39,161 nt of DNA from Neolecta irregularis DAH-3 (GCA_001929475.1 LXFE01002180.1:1-39161); one strand, 5' to 3'. Positions 11,748 to 25,388 are shown, numbered from the stretch's first letter. The notes: generated from the sequence alone by a model not told the origin. Numbers and translations are program-made.

Positions 11748-12387
11748 GACGTACTAGAGGCATGTTTCTATCAAATTGATTTAATTCAGATTGTCTTTTC
11801 GTGTCTCCGCATTTATACATTTGTAGCAAAAGAGTCGTGATATTCAATTGAAACTTCTCTTCAATTTCCATTCATATTTGCGTCCTACTTTCTCTGTTTC
11901 CCAGGAATACAACCCCTCATTCAGCACTCCGCGCCACTGTGATTAGTTCAAAAGGGCGAGTGCATTGGCGAGCTATAGGATAGCGGAAGGCAATATTGAC
12001 AGATATCTTAGTTTGCTTAAAGCTAATTGATATCTCATCGGATTATTCGCATTTGACTTTCAAGCTATAATGTCCTGGAGTCCCTTCTGCGAACTGTTTA
12101 GGAACGAAAGAAGGAATCATGCTCATTTTAATAATTCGTCTAAACCAAAGATATTTCAGAGTTTGGTGCTACTGGCTGCCTGTGGAATAGTCTGGGGGAA
12201 TGCTCTGCAAGGACATCTATTGAGAATTGATATAATAGTGATTTCCTGGAGTAATCCGTTTACGTACTTTATGCAGTTTATATTCTACAATTTATGCCAT
12301 GTAATTTGTCTAAACCTATGATTCCAAAGACTCTTCCCAATCTGTCCGCAAAGGAATATTCGCTTGTACTATCATCTAGAGGCGAAC

Positions 12388-13026
12388 TCACTTCGACAAC
12401 AGAACTGATACTATCGGCCCGGTTATATATACCATAACGTGGAAATGAGTAATTGTTGGTATTGACGATAACTCCCTGGGATTCTTGAACCATAAATAGT
12501 CATACTCGTTTGAAAAAGTTTCATTGGCCCACTTTATAAGTCAGAACGCGTTGAAAGTACGGGGAATCCCTTTGAGATACAGTCATGACTTTGTTTGGAA
12601 AGATACCCAAAGATATCAGTCTCAAAATGATGTTTGGTCCAAACAACAAAATGCCGTATCCTTGGATCCAGAGCATATGGGAAATCATTCATAGTTATGT
12701 GGTAATCGGCCTCGTCTGCTAATGGCTGGGGATTATTTGGAGTGATCGGTGTGTTCCATCCTAGCCTGAAGATTGGTATATAGCGTAAGATAAAAAAGAA
12801 ATGATACTTTTGTTTGATTATGTATGATTCTATCGAACCGAATTCGCGGGCGATTTGTCGTTTCCATAGTCGATAATGAGAAAGAGTCTCTGGGGTTCGA
12901 TGCAGTAAGTCGAGATTTTCCGAAGCTTAACATGGTCAAGATCACCGACTTGAGGTCGAACTTCATACATATGATATCGGAGAGTTGCGACCAGTCAATG
13001 AGACAATTATCACCACTGTTCAGCAT
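12388..13026 (-). CDS. DUF3605 / GlcNAc-induced protein 1 (Gig1)-like; 5' end may extend to 13475
   Basis: Spliced: IDWSQLSDII..NLDLLHRTPETLSHY..FGSIESYIIKQ.LGW..MNDFPYALDPRIRHFVVWTK..WFKNPRELSSIPTITHFHVM. Confidence 0.82.
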
Positions 13027-14104
13027 ATGATAGATTCAAGACTGGAGGACTGACGAGATTATGAACCGTAAGAAATCTCGGGTAAAGGTTTCGATTATCG
13101 GCAATCTCAAGTCTCAGTGCCTGTTTCACTCGGCGCCAAGACAAAATGCGGAAGGCCGGACGGAATTAACAAGCTGCCAATATGTTCTGCCGGGAAACTT
13201 GGAAGAGTGTCATCTGTTCTGCCCTTGCCCGGAGAGTCACCCCAAGACAAGATTGAGATCTGGGAACAAGTCTCTGCCTCTTCGTCGAAGTTTAGGTCCA
13301 ATCTCCTGCAGTCTTCGCGCACCAGATTGGGCGAAGAACTGACCCGTGCATAGTTAGATGACGCTTCCCTGTTGAAAAAATCTCCCAGGAAAAATAAATT
13401 GTCCGGGTAAGGTTCTAGAACAACGATTGGGAAACCCGCGGATCTATTCTCTACTGGAACAAGGGATTGGACCATTCGGATGAGATACTTACAAGCATGT
13501 ACATGCACTAGTTGTTAATGAAACTTGGCGATTCAGACTACGCAATTGAATGGTGGGGACCGGTCTCAAAATACGATCCCACTCCAACTTGTGTTTCAAA
13601 AAGAAGCTGCTATGTCGTCTTTATCCTGAAATGTTTTCATCCCCGCGCTGCCTACACTTTGCTTACTCCCCATAAAGAAAGGTTTTGGAAATGGCTGGTA
13701 ATGAATGTCGCCACATTACAGTAAATTGATAGTTCGATTGATAAAATCTATGTTTCGGTTCGGTTCCTTTACTTTGTGAGTTGTTTCGATACTCGTGACC
13801 AGACGAGGCCACGGGTTTGTTTCGTGTGTCTGTCATACGGGCTTTTTGCCTTGGAACATTCTCTGTCGGGGAGTTCATATACGTCACAACACATTAACAC
13901 CCATTGAAGCTAAAATACTGACCATTTTTCAAGATCTTGGAAGGACAAGATCTTCCACTTTAGTCGACATAGGCCTCATTGGCTAGTTCAGTCGTCCTTG
14001 CCAGCACATGCAACGTATACACATTCCAGGAGATAAAGACTGCTGTTCTGGTCGATCTTCGACAGATTCATCAGAGACTTCAGATACAGCTGTGGAACAG
14101 CAAA

Positions 14105-15329
14105 ATGCAATGGTATGAAGCTTTTTCATTCGAGATGGTAACAGTGTAGGAAAATATTCAGAAAGGTCAGCCTAAAGGTGAATTATGGAATTAGTACCTT
14201 TCCTCTGATCCCACAGGCACCAATTTTAAACTCTGGGTACTCTGGATCGCTGGTCTGCTCGTGGTTTGATTTTTGTTTTAATCTTACAGGATACAAAATT
14301 CACGACTACGGATTACGGTGATCTCAAAAGGCGTTTTGATTTCCTCGAAAGTCAAATCATATTACTTCATGGAGATTGTATGGAATTTGTCGATACCCTC
14401 GAGGGTACCCGCTGTTCACTTGAGCTGTTGTTAATTTCAAGATTTATTCACTACTCAACAGGCATACACTGATACAATGACTGAATTATATCGTCCCATG
14501 ATTAATAGCTCTTCTAATTCCGCGATCTTTGAATCAGAGAGGTGCTTTTATGGCGATAAAATGTGTCGTCAGTTTCAGAGTTTTACAACAGATCTCCGAC
14601 AAGCAATACAACCAGAGCTGAACTTGATTGAATCCAAAATCATTCAACCCGTAGAACGGGTTCTTGATATGGTGTTCGATGTACGCAAGGTTATGATTGA
14701 ACGGGACCAACGAGCATTGGAACAGGCGAAACTTAGAACAACTCTCCAGCGCATGAAAAGTGAACCGACCGGTATCCAATATGAAAAAGAGACTGAGAAT
14801 TTACTCAAATCTCTGGCCTCCGAATTTGAGTGTTACGATAATATTCTCAAAGCAGATTTGCCTCGTTTTTTCCGTCTCCAGAGAGCTCTCGTTGATCCGC
14901 TCTTCCAGACCTTATATTATTTGCAGCTCTACATTTACTATACACTTTCCCAGAATATGGCAGCATGCAGAATTAGCCGTCTCGACCTTGAAGCCGATAT
15001 TCTAAAAACCCATCATTTTCAGCAGGGTGATGCCCAGGCACGGCTCGACAGGCTTCCGCTCACTAGAACCAGAACAAGAATGGGTACATATCTTCATTCA
15101 TAGACGGATTGCTACTTACTTACACACAGGTCTTCTCAATCGGTCGGCGTCCTTCATCCGGCCTCGAAATTCGTCGAAAGAGCGAGAGTCGATAGTTAGT
15201 GGAACCAAGAGCATGAAATCAATGGGAAGTATGCGCAGTATCAAGCTTCTGAATCCATTGAGAAGAGTAAAGTCATACAGAAAGTCGGCACGCATTGGCA
15301 AACCGTTGGTTGGTTCAAATGTCGGCTAA
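14105..15329 (+). CDS. Divergent Rvs167/amphiphysin-like N-BAR protein with no SH3 and a basic Ser/Arg-rich tail
   Basis: Spliced N-terminus MQWKIFRKVSLKAP..DYGDLKRRFDFLE resembles Rvs167/Hob1 MSWKGF..RRF..LE; also ELYRP, IIQPV, YDNILKADLPRFF, PLFQTLYYLQLYIYYTL; stop may lie at ~15364 if a last intron is used. Confidence 0.8.
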
Positions 15330-16015
15330 TTCCGGTTTGTCACAAGGTTGCGAAGAGGAATTAGCGTGGATAAATAGAGTTGCGAAATGTCGAAAGATAT
15401 TTTATATAATGTATGGACAATGGTCTGCATAAGATAATACTGATGACGCATGTGTCGAAGTTGATTTTATATCATATTTTAACTCTAAATCGGGCATGAG
15501 AACATCCTTGAGGCAATGGGTATCATTCTTCTTAAATTAAGTTGTTTTTGGCTGAAGTTCGCTAAGCTAAGAATTATTCTCCTTGATACTAGACCAGCCG
15601 CTCCGAGAGCTTATGACTAATCTGGCAAGGTCAATGCGCAGGAAAAAGAAATCTTGATTTACTGAACAGCATACAATATTTTGAGCGCTATGTCTGACCA
15701 TTGGTCCTTGTCCGGCTATGGCAATTGAACACGTTGTGGTCTTAGCAATCATTAAAACGATCGGCGCATTTTATCAGCCAGTGTCTATTCGTAATCAACC
15801 TTGACTATCAGTCTGAAGATGTAACTTAGTCTTCATAATCGCAGGGTCATCCCCTATACCTTGGTTCATTTGTTTTGATTAGGCTTCTGGTGGAGCCCCG
15901 GTATTACTGTCATGAACTGGTACAGCCCTTGTGAATAACTCATGAGGAGGGCTAATTGCGATAGTTTTAAAGATTGTATTAGGGGTATAAAGCGGGTATA
16001 GAACCGTTTTTGAAG

Positions 16016-17439
16016 ATGAAGAACCGAATGAATAGATCACCAGCAAAGCAAACAGTGCAGCTAGAAATTCTGTAGGTCCCCGTTACGATATACAAGTATG
16101 AATGTTATACCTGACAGCTCAGTTCAGTTTTCCTCAAGACGTTATACCCGCACTGGAACCCTTTGAAATTCGCTTCTCTGAAATTGAGAAACAGGTCGAT
16201 GAATTAAAGGGCATGCTCGAAGGGTACTGTCAATTTTATCAAGAATCGCTCGAGAGACAAATCGAATATTGTGATGCGGTGGCAGGTCTACATCAGCCAT
16301 TCCTTATTTCGATACATCTCCCAATTTGTGAAATGAAGGACGATCTTGATTTTATTGATGAAATTCAAGACTACAGAGAACTTCTTCAAACCATTCAGCA
16401 GCTCTCGTTGTGCGGTATATGTGAGATGGGCCGCCGGGTCATTGGTCCTATATCTGGTTTCCAGCAAGTTCTCGGTCAAGTCCGTGGAACGATTACCCGA
16501 AGGGAAAACTTGAAGGTCCATTTGGAGACTCAGAAAGCAAATCTCTTTGCCCACATACAAAATCCACTCCCGGTGGATATGATCATAGAAATTGAAGCAG
16601 TGATTAGGTCTTCCAACAACGATATCGACGAGCTGAATGATGCTCTCAGGACAGAATTGCCTCAGCTTTTCCAATTCACTGCTTCATTCTTTCGTGATAT
16701 GCTAGGATTGGTTTATTTCAAGCAGTTATTTCTTTATCATACCCTGTCCACAAAAATGAATGAGTTCAGCGAAATTGGTCGTGTCAAGAAACTGGATACC
16801 GATGAAGTAATTGCAGCCAAAAGAAGGGAGATAGATCACATCATCAATGGCTTTTCTGTGGTATCAGTTCCAGCAACTTGTTCTAGTAATAGGATCTTCA
16901 TGGGAAAACTAACTTATAGATATGGCTCAACAACGAATTAACCCATTGCGTAGCCGTCGACTGAGCTCATGTTCTTCACCAATGGTTTCCTGTAATAGAA
17001 GATCGTCGATATTTCCTGAAGCTTCTTCAGCGGCACGCTCGTCCTCGGTGAATTACTGCGAGTTGAAACGGCAGGAAAAAATCACAAAAACTCGTAGTGT
17101 TAGCCTACCGCCCAAAGTAGATCACTGGCATGTAGATTCAGCAGAAGCAACATCTTCGCGTACAGTATCTTTAATGCTTCCCAAATCTCAGGAACTGGCA
17201 ACAGCTCTGTTTGACTACAAAGCTCAGGCATATCGTTTCAAATTTCCATACTAATTTCAGAACGACGAAGAGCTATCATTTAAAGTTGGAGATCGAATCG
17301 TTGTTTTTCACAAAACGTCCTTTGACGATGTATTTCTCATTTGATCGAGGAGATGACTGAGTTGTAGGATTGGTGGATTGGACGAGTAAATGCGGATATC
17401 GGGATGTTTCCTGGCAATTATGTGACACTGACTTCTTAA
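16016..17439 (+). CDS. Divergent Rvs167-like BAR + SH3 protein (includes a GC-AG intron)
   Basis: RFSEIEKQV, RVIGPI, LNDALRTELPQLF, YFKQLFLYHTL; SH3 ATALFDYKAQ/NDEELSFKVGDRI/DWWIG..GMFPGNYV. Confidence 0.82.
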
Positions 17440-18214
17440 TCTACTACAACTTAGGGCGTTCTGGCTTCTTTTTCATGTTGTAATACTAAGGTTTGTAATG
17501 TTTCATAGTTGATTTGTCGCCAGGTATTGAATTTCATAATTTAGTCCATACGGGATATTCAATCAAGGACCATCTTATCAAATTTATCATTAAAAGTATA
17601 AAACGTTAGCGACCTCAAAACTTTTGATCCCGCTAAATCTCCAACAGAGGTGGTATGAGATATATGTCTTTGTACTTGAAGAACTGCTTTGTGTTTGTCC
17701 AGAATTTTCTTAACATGATGGCCCTCCTTTACAAGAGATTTAAAGAGTTAGTACTTGCGAGCCTCTGATTAAGCTGTGAATCTGGCGGATATTCTTGGGC
17801 AGAAGGAATTATCTTTCGAGAAAAGAGTAACAATGCCAGCGCCTCACCTGATTATGGGAAAGGGACTTCAAGTATCCAATTTCATTGGATCAGATTTAAA
17901 AATGTATGTCCTTCGAAGCCCCAAATTAAGACTTCATATTCACACTGCAGTGATATAATCTGAGTGAGTCTGTATTTTATAATTACCTAGACCGCAGCCT
18001 GTGGAAACTGACTTGAGAATTAATCAACTGAACTAAAGGTCACTGAAAATGCATGTGTTTCTGGTTCTCTTGCAAGGATTGCTGTTTTTTTTGTAAATGG
18101 GGACAAGCAATGAGACGACTACATATGACAAATTCGGGCTGTTCTTATTGCGCTAGGTGTGGAATTGGACATTAAATCCGGCTAACTCTATCACACTTGT
18201 CTGCTGGCTTGTCT

Positions 18215-18986
18215 CTACCCACACTACGCGTATCAGTCGACGCACTGTCTTGAGAGAAACATACGGAAAGAACATCAGTGGCTTTTGTATTCAGAAGGAG
18301 TGCGACAATAAGACCGTAGAGTCCCAAGACTTCGGCGAAAATGAGAATAAGGATCTAAACCAATGTAAGCGTCAGAACATGGGCTATATGTGCGCACCAT
18401 TCCTACAAAGAGTCGGGGTTGTTGAGCACTAGCACGCACTCCAGCATCACCGACAATCCCGATTGCAAACCCAGCAGCCAAGCCAGATAGACCGACAGAT
18501 AAGCCCGCACCAAGTTGGATAAAACCGGCGTACAGAGCTTGTCCTTGTTTTACTGTCTGTCAGAAACAGTAAGGAGAGTGAGGCAAACACACATCCATCA
18601 GACACAAGCACAGAAACAACAAGACCATAGATAGCAATAATACCGGCCATAATAACAGGAATGATATTTTTCACGACCAAATCTGGACGCAGAATACCCA
18701 TTGCTGAAATCCCGACGCCTGTAATGGTGTTATTGCCGGCTAACAGAAAGACAGGGTTACCTGACTTTGCAGTTCCATAAGCAGCACCAAAGCCTGGGCA
18801 GTTAGCTTGAACATTCATAAGAGACAGTATACAAGTAAACACAATAGCAGCAGTGCAACCCATGCTGAAGCAAGTCAGCCAATATAGAGCACCGGGAAAG
18901 AATACACGCCGAAGAACGGAGCATATACGGGACTTTGATCATCAGTATGACTACAGCAGCGGGATCTACCAGAGGTCAGTAGCCAT
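18215..18986 (-). CDS. vma3: V-ATPase 16-kDa proteolipid subunit c, 7 introns
   Basis: [77 protein letters not shown]. Confidence 0.97.
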
Positions 18987-19233
18987 GATAATCGCAAATG
19001 TCAAGATGGGAGGTGGAAAGAAGGGCAATGGTGTGAAGGTCTTATCGCGGAGAAAACAAACTTGAAGATTATACATTAATGTATTCTAATACATAAACTG
19101 CAATTGCATTAAGTGTTTTCGCTACAATTACTGTAGTACTTTCCAGTGGCATATGGGTGCTGCCTCAACATTTTTTTCCTGAACCAACCTCACAATCCCA
19201 GGGCGAGCAATCTCGCAGTGAACCCTGATACCA

Positions 19234-19727
19234 ATGTCTATCCCAAACGCAAAAGGTCTTCCTTCAGTCAGAATTCCAATCTGATCAGTACAGCTTTCCC
19301 TCTTGCTGAAGAAGGCCTCACCCAGAAGATTCTTGATTTGGTCCAGCAGGCTTCACATTATAAGCAACTCAAGAAGGGTGCCAACGAAGGTATGCAAATT
19401 TGATCAACAGGTATGCTTATTTCTTAGCTACTAAGACTCTCAACCGAGGTATCTCTGAGTTCATCATCATGGCTGCCGATACAGAGCCAATAGAAATTCT
19501 GTTGCACCTCCCCCTTCTCTGTGAAGACAAGGTACATCTCTCTTTCAGCGTTTCTCTCCAACAAATAGAATGTACCATACATCTTTGTTCCTTCGAAAGC
19601 CGCTCTTGGACGTGCTTGCGGGGTTAGCAGACCGGTTATCTCTGCAAGTGTAACATCAAACGAAGCTTCTGATCTCAAACCACAGATCGAAACAATTAAG
19701 CAGGCAATTGAAAAACTTTTGATCTAA
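19234..19727 (+). CDS. snu13: Snu13/15.5K kink-turn RNA-binding protein, 3 introns
   Basis: [74 protein letters not shown]. Confidence 0.97.
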
Positions 19728-20349
19728 CGGGTTACCTCATGTACAGTATGACAAAAAAGTGTCTTCCAGAAAAAAAGCACGAGAAATAGAATCAACTATC
19801 ATGTCCTCCAGAAATTTTGAATGTCATCTTTTCCAGCGTTATTATTTCTCCTTCACCCACTCTTACCGTGTACACATTCCGCAAAAGCCAAAGGTATCTG
19901 TCCCATGAATACTTTCGCTGCTTGATGGACTGTCGATCCAGAAGGCAATAATATGCAATCCTGAAATAATGCTCTCTCATTTCCCGCCATAAAATTGATA
20001 ATATTTCACACAGACCAAACTGGTATCAAATGCTTTTTGGAGTACTTGCGTACTTCTTGTGGAGAAGTATCGGTATAACACAAATTCTCGTCAGGTGGAA
20101 ATAAATCACAATCATACTATCCATAAACAACCTCAATGATGTCACATACTAAGCCATCTCTTGTCTCTATAGTATAATAGCAGTTCTGTATGGATGATGT
20201 ATTATCTAATTCTAGTGAAATATGGGGTTGTTCAATCTCAGGACTAGAAACAAAGAAACCTGAGATAATATTGTCGACACGAATGACTATTTGTGCTATT
20301 CCTCTAAAATTCGATCTCCAAAAATCAACAGAGAACGGCAATCTGAAAA

Positions 20350-22078
20350 CTACTTCTTGATCACTTGAGCTTGTCAGTCTATTTGTAAAATAACAGATTT
20401 ACCCTTCTTTACAATCTTTTCAACCTCTTCCCAATCTCCCGTAGGAACTTGAGTCATTTCGATTCCAAAGAATTGTTGAATCTCATTCATCAACTCCCAA
20501 CTCTTTCGATCATGCACAAAATTTATGCTAACACCAACACGTCCAAAGCGGCCAGTTCTCCCAATCCGATGAAGATAAGTTTCGGGATCAGCACGAAAAT
20601 CCTGTGTCATTGGCATGTCGTAGTTAACCACCTAGGGTCGTTAGCTAGGAAAGCAAAGGTGGGCCAGACCATATTGACTTGAGAAATATCAATACCTCTA
20701 GCGACAACATTCGTAGTAATTAATACCTTAGACCGACCTGACCGAAATGCGTCCATCACTTCATCGCGTTGGGTACCATCAAGGGCCCCATGCAATGAAG
20801 TCACAGCATGACCTTCTTCAGTCATTCTCCTGGCAATCTCGTCAGCGGTGTTTCTTTGCTGTAAGAGTCAGTATTAACCGAACCATTAATAGCTTACCTT
20901 AACGAAAATGATTGATTGGCCGATAGTGAGCAGACTGTATAAGCCGACAAGAACTTCGTATTTATGTTGAACACTGTTGCAGTCCATGTAAAGCTGCTTA
21001 ATCCCTTCAACAGAGAGTTCTTCTCGTTTAAGACTAATTTCATTTGCACCAGGCACGAATCTAGAGGAGAATTCTCGAACTTCGTCTGGGAACGTAGCGC
21101 TAAATAAAATCGTTTGAACACCCTTTGGCATAAAACTTGGTAGTTGGTCAGTCGTAAAAGTAAAAACATGAAATGATACCTTCGAACCCTCATGCTCTGT
21201 TCACCAAGACCTTGTTGGTCAAGCATGTTATCTGCCTCGTCGAGCACAAAAACTTTTACCTCTCGAACGTCTAGTTGCCGTCTCTTGATCATATCCATTA
21301 CGGTCCCTGGAGTTCCGATAACAATTTGGCCATTAATGCTTTGTCCACGCGGGACAGAATCTTTTCCCGCGAATGCAACTTTAGCAGGAGTGTACTGGCC
21401 CATTTCACAACAGACATCGAGGATTTGACGGGCCAACTCTCGAGATGGTGCAAGACAGATCGCTTGAACTGAAGGTTTCGTAAAGTCGACTCTTGATAAC
21501 ATGGTAAGAACAAAGGCAGCTGTTTTTCCAGTTCCTGATTGCGATTGACCAATCATATTTCGAGGTCTCTTCATCAGACATATTATTTCAAGGGAGAGAG
21601 TACGGATTGCTTAAAAGAAGAGGAAGTGCTCTTTCTTGAATTTTTGAAGGTTTCTGGAACTTCATGGAATATATACCTCTTAAGAGATTCTCATGCCTAA
21701 AAGATCAAACACTTTCTGAAAAGATATTTACAGTCCTAGATCCTCAAAGTTCGACACAGAATAAAGAGGCGAGTTCGGATCTGCCTGTAAATCCGCTAAC
21801 TTGACTGCAACGTCGTATGTATTACGGACCAAGTTTTGCTCCTGTCCAATTTTCTCACCGTCCACAGTCGGGGTTTGATCTAACGAAGTCTTCATAGCAT
21901 CAGAACTGGCTGGAGGCCCTAGGCGATCCAGTATCGAGCCACCCGTTGACTGCTCTCGAGATTTATCGTCACTCTTGAGATTATTGATCTGCAACGAAAG
22001 AGTGTTGACGGCCTCGTCTTCGTCATTCGTTTGGTCTGCCCAGCTCTTAGATGTTGCCGGTCTGCTTTCATCAGACAT
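20350..22078 (-). CDS. dbp5: DEAD-box mRNA export helicase Dbp5/DDX19
   Basis: [72 protein letters not shown]. Confidence 0.97.
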
Positions 22079-22345
22079 TTTCTTTAGTTAGGCGGTTTTG
22101 GCCTCAATGAGTTCAAATTTGTTCGATAACCGATATCCCGACGTCGGTCGAGATAATCATAATAATCCAAAAACTGATTAAATTATTTTTCTGTTTGAAA
22201 AGTATTCCAATCTAGGATTTGAGTTCAAATATTCTATTATATCTTGCTTTTGATAAATCAAATTAGTCGATGATACTGTGTTGATATCGGAACTACTAGA
22301 ACTTACAGAATCAAGCCACCAGGTTTCCATTTTTCGGAAACATCT

Positions 22346-24914
22346 ATGACAACTTTATTGAATCATAGCTTTGGATCTGAACTTAAGGTTTGAATACCAA
22401 GGAAATCAAATTGAACATCTGCAGGACGCATTCAAGCCCGTAGATGATTATCTTGCCAACGGTATCAAATGGCTTGATGAGGTTCAACAGTTCTATAGAG
22501 AGCGTTCCGCTATCGAAAAGGAGTACGCACATAAATTGGGAGCCTTGTCCAAGAGGTATTTTGATAAGAAAGGGAAGAAATCTGCCACTTTGTCAGTCGG
22601 AGACGACCCCAAAATCACAGCTGGTTCACTGGAAAGGTATCTCATGATAGGTACTACAAAATTTTACGGAATACAGCTCCTCCATGTCGACATGGTCGCA
22701 AATATTGAACGAGACACAAAACCTTGCCAATGAGCGAATGCAACTTTCGGAGGAATTGATAATCCAAGTCGCTGATCAACTCAAGGTCGCAAGTACAAAA
22801 GAGGATGACCTTAGAAAGAAGGTGTCTCTGCTATAATACTTTTGCTGACTCATCAGCATGTTGTATTTGTAGAGAAACTTTTCGAGGATAGGGACAAAGT
22901 TTATTCCGAAGTCAAGAAAGTATGAAGGGAAAAAAGACTTAACCCTTGCTTACTTTTGAGGCCAAGACGAAATACGATGAATATTGCCAATCTGTTGAGA
23001 GTAGCCGCCAGAAGGCAGACAAAGATCTGAATGATGTGTGCATACGATCCACTAGTTCGATTCATTGAATAGGAACGCGGACGGAAACACTTTCAAAAGC
23101 ATTTAGTCGAGATGAACAATCACAAAGTAACGACTGCTTCAGTATATCCTATCCTCACAAGTTAGAATATCTATCTCCTCAAAATCCACATTGCCAATCA
23201 ATTCAAGGCAAAATACTTCCATCACGATATTCCTATAACACTCGACAGTCTTCAAGATCTCAATGAATCTCGCATACGAACATTAAATGATGTTTTCACC
23301 TTGGCTGCAAATCTTGAACAAGACTGCATTTCAAGATCAGGGGAGCATCTACAAAGTGTGATATCAGCAGCGACTGCGAACACGCCAGACCTTGATTCTG
23401 AAATGTTCATAAAGCATAATTCTAGAGGCTGGAACGAACCGGAAGATTTTGCTTTCGAAGCCTGTGCTATTTGGCATGACAATGTATGTCCTTTATCGTT
23501 TTTTTCATTATTGTTAAAATTTCTTAGGATCAGATTGCTACAGATGAAAGTGCTGTTATCTTTCTACGAAATCTTATAAATAAATCCCGGGCCCAGTTAT
23601 CAGAAGTGAAAGGAACTGTGGAATCGAAGCAAAGGGAAATTGATGGACTCATAAAACTGAAGGTGAAATACGCCGAGAATCCTGCTTTAGGAAATGTGGA
23701 CGAAGTTACAAATGTGTGTATTACAGCCTGCCCATATATTGCTAATCTGATTAGAATCTTGTCGAGACTATCCATGCTACTGCTTTCCTAGAAAATAAGG
23801 CTTTAATCTTCGAGACAGAAATTGCTGTTATTACCGAAGCAGTCGAAGGTACTCCTCCAATTATTAATGGAGCCTCTTGATCAACCTCTAGACATCGACG
23901 CAGGCGCAAAACCCCACTCATTCAAAGCCACATCATTCACAATACCAACTGCTTGTGATTTTTGTAAAGGCACGATTTGGGGCTTATCCAGACATGGTGC
24001 TACCTGTCGTGGTATCTGAACTCACTTTGACGCTGTTTTCTAACTTTTGAAGAATGCAGTTATACCTGCCACACTAAATGTGAAATGCGAGTGCCTGCAT
24101 CATGTGCCGGCGAAAAAATGTCAAAGAAAGAAAGACAGGCGCAAAGAGAGACAATGGCTTCCGACACCGCTAGTTTGGCACGTAGTAATACTAATGAGTC
24201 GTTTTCAGGGACTGCCTACGGTTTCACCCATTCCAGCCTTATATTTTTCTCACGACTTAGCTAGCGTCAGTTCAATGACTGCGATGAATGGGTCTATCGG
24301 TGACAGAGAAAGGATAATTGGAAATGTGAGACATTCAGCTGTTACTCCTCCGCTCGATATGCACAAAGTCCCACCTCTGCTTAGTTCAAACCCCCGAAAG
24401 ATCACGAAAGCGAAGGTCTTGTTCGAATATGGTGCAATTTCGGGAATTATTATATTTGTCTAACTCCATGTAGAAGGAAACAGCAATGATGAATTGTCCG
24501 TAAAGGAGGGTGAAGAGATAACAGTATTGGAAGATGACGGTATGACAATCCTATCTATTCAAGCACTTATTTAGAGATGGTTCCGGGTGGGTGGAAGCAA
24601 GATCACAGTCCGGAAAACAGGGTATCGTTCCTGCTACTTATATCGAGTACATCAAATCCCGTCCCGACTCTATCGCTTCTTCAATTACAAAGAAGAAAGG
24701 GCCTACTGTTGCACCAAAACGCGGCGCCAAAAAGCTCAAATACATGAGGGCCTTGTTTGATTATGAAGCGCAGTCCAGCCTGGAAATTCCAATCCGAGAA
24801 GGTGATTTGATTCTTGTAACAGATGAGGACAGAGGGGATGGATGGACGGAGGGCGAAATTAACGGAGTCAAAGGTCAGTTTCCGACGAATTATGCGGAAT
24901 TTGTGAGCGGTTGA
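22346..24914 (+). CDS. bzz1: Bzz1: F-BAR + C1 + two SH3 domains, many introns
   Basis: SFGSELK/DAFK, FYRERSAIEKEY, SVGDDP; C1 HSFKATSFTIPTACDFC..IWGL; KKKGPTVAPKRGAKKLKYMRALFDYEA; GWTEGE..GQFPTNY. Confidence 0.95.
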
Positions 24915-25388
24915 GGGCTTTTGCGGATGGTTTCTTCGGTTAATGGTGTTCAGGATGGTGTTTTCTTTTTATTCCTCCTACCTTGAAATATAGACTTTCT
25001 GGTAGCGTCACTGAACAATGTCATTTCTGTTCAGTACCGAGTAGTCTCTTGATGATATCTCTACACGAAGTGAATCATATAAATCTGAACTCTATGCCTA
25101 AAGAACAAGAGGCGCAGGTACAATTCCGATTGTGGGTAGAGTTCATCCCAGACCATAAATAGGTAATTAGATAAGGAGGTCATCTGTACATCAAATGGGA
25201 TGAGAGGATCACTTTTTGAAACCTTGTACCCTGAATTATCTAACATCTTTTGTATGTCTACGAGGCCTCCATAGCGCCACGACTTCCAGAGCTTGTTAAG
25301 AGAAGCTAACATGGGCAAATGTCAAAGTCGGAAAAGGTAGTTTACATTGTTCGATATTTAAACATGTATGTAGTTGTTTTTGCGCCAT

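Noticed and set aside
19792-20341. Short ORFs between the convergent snu13 and dbp5 genes
   Set aside because: No recognisable motif or consistent splice model; probably UTR or intergenic
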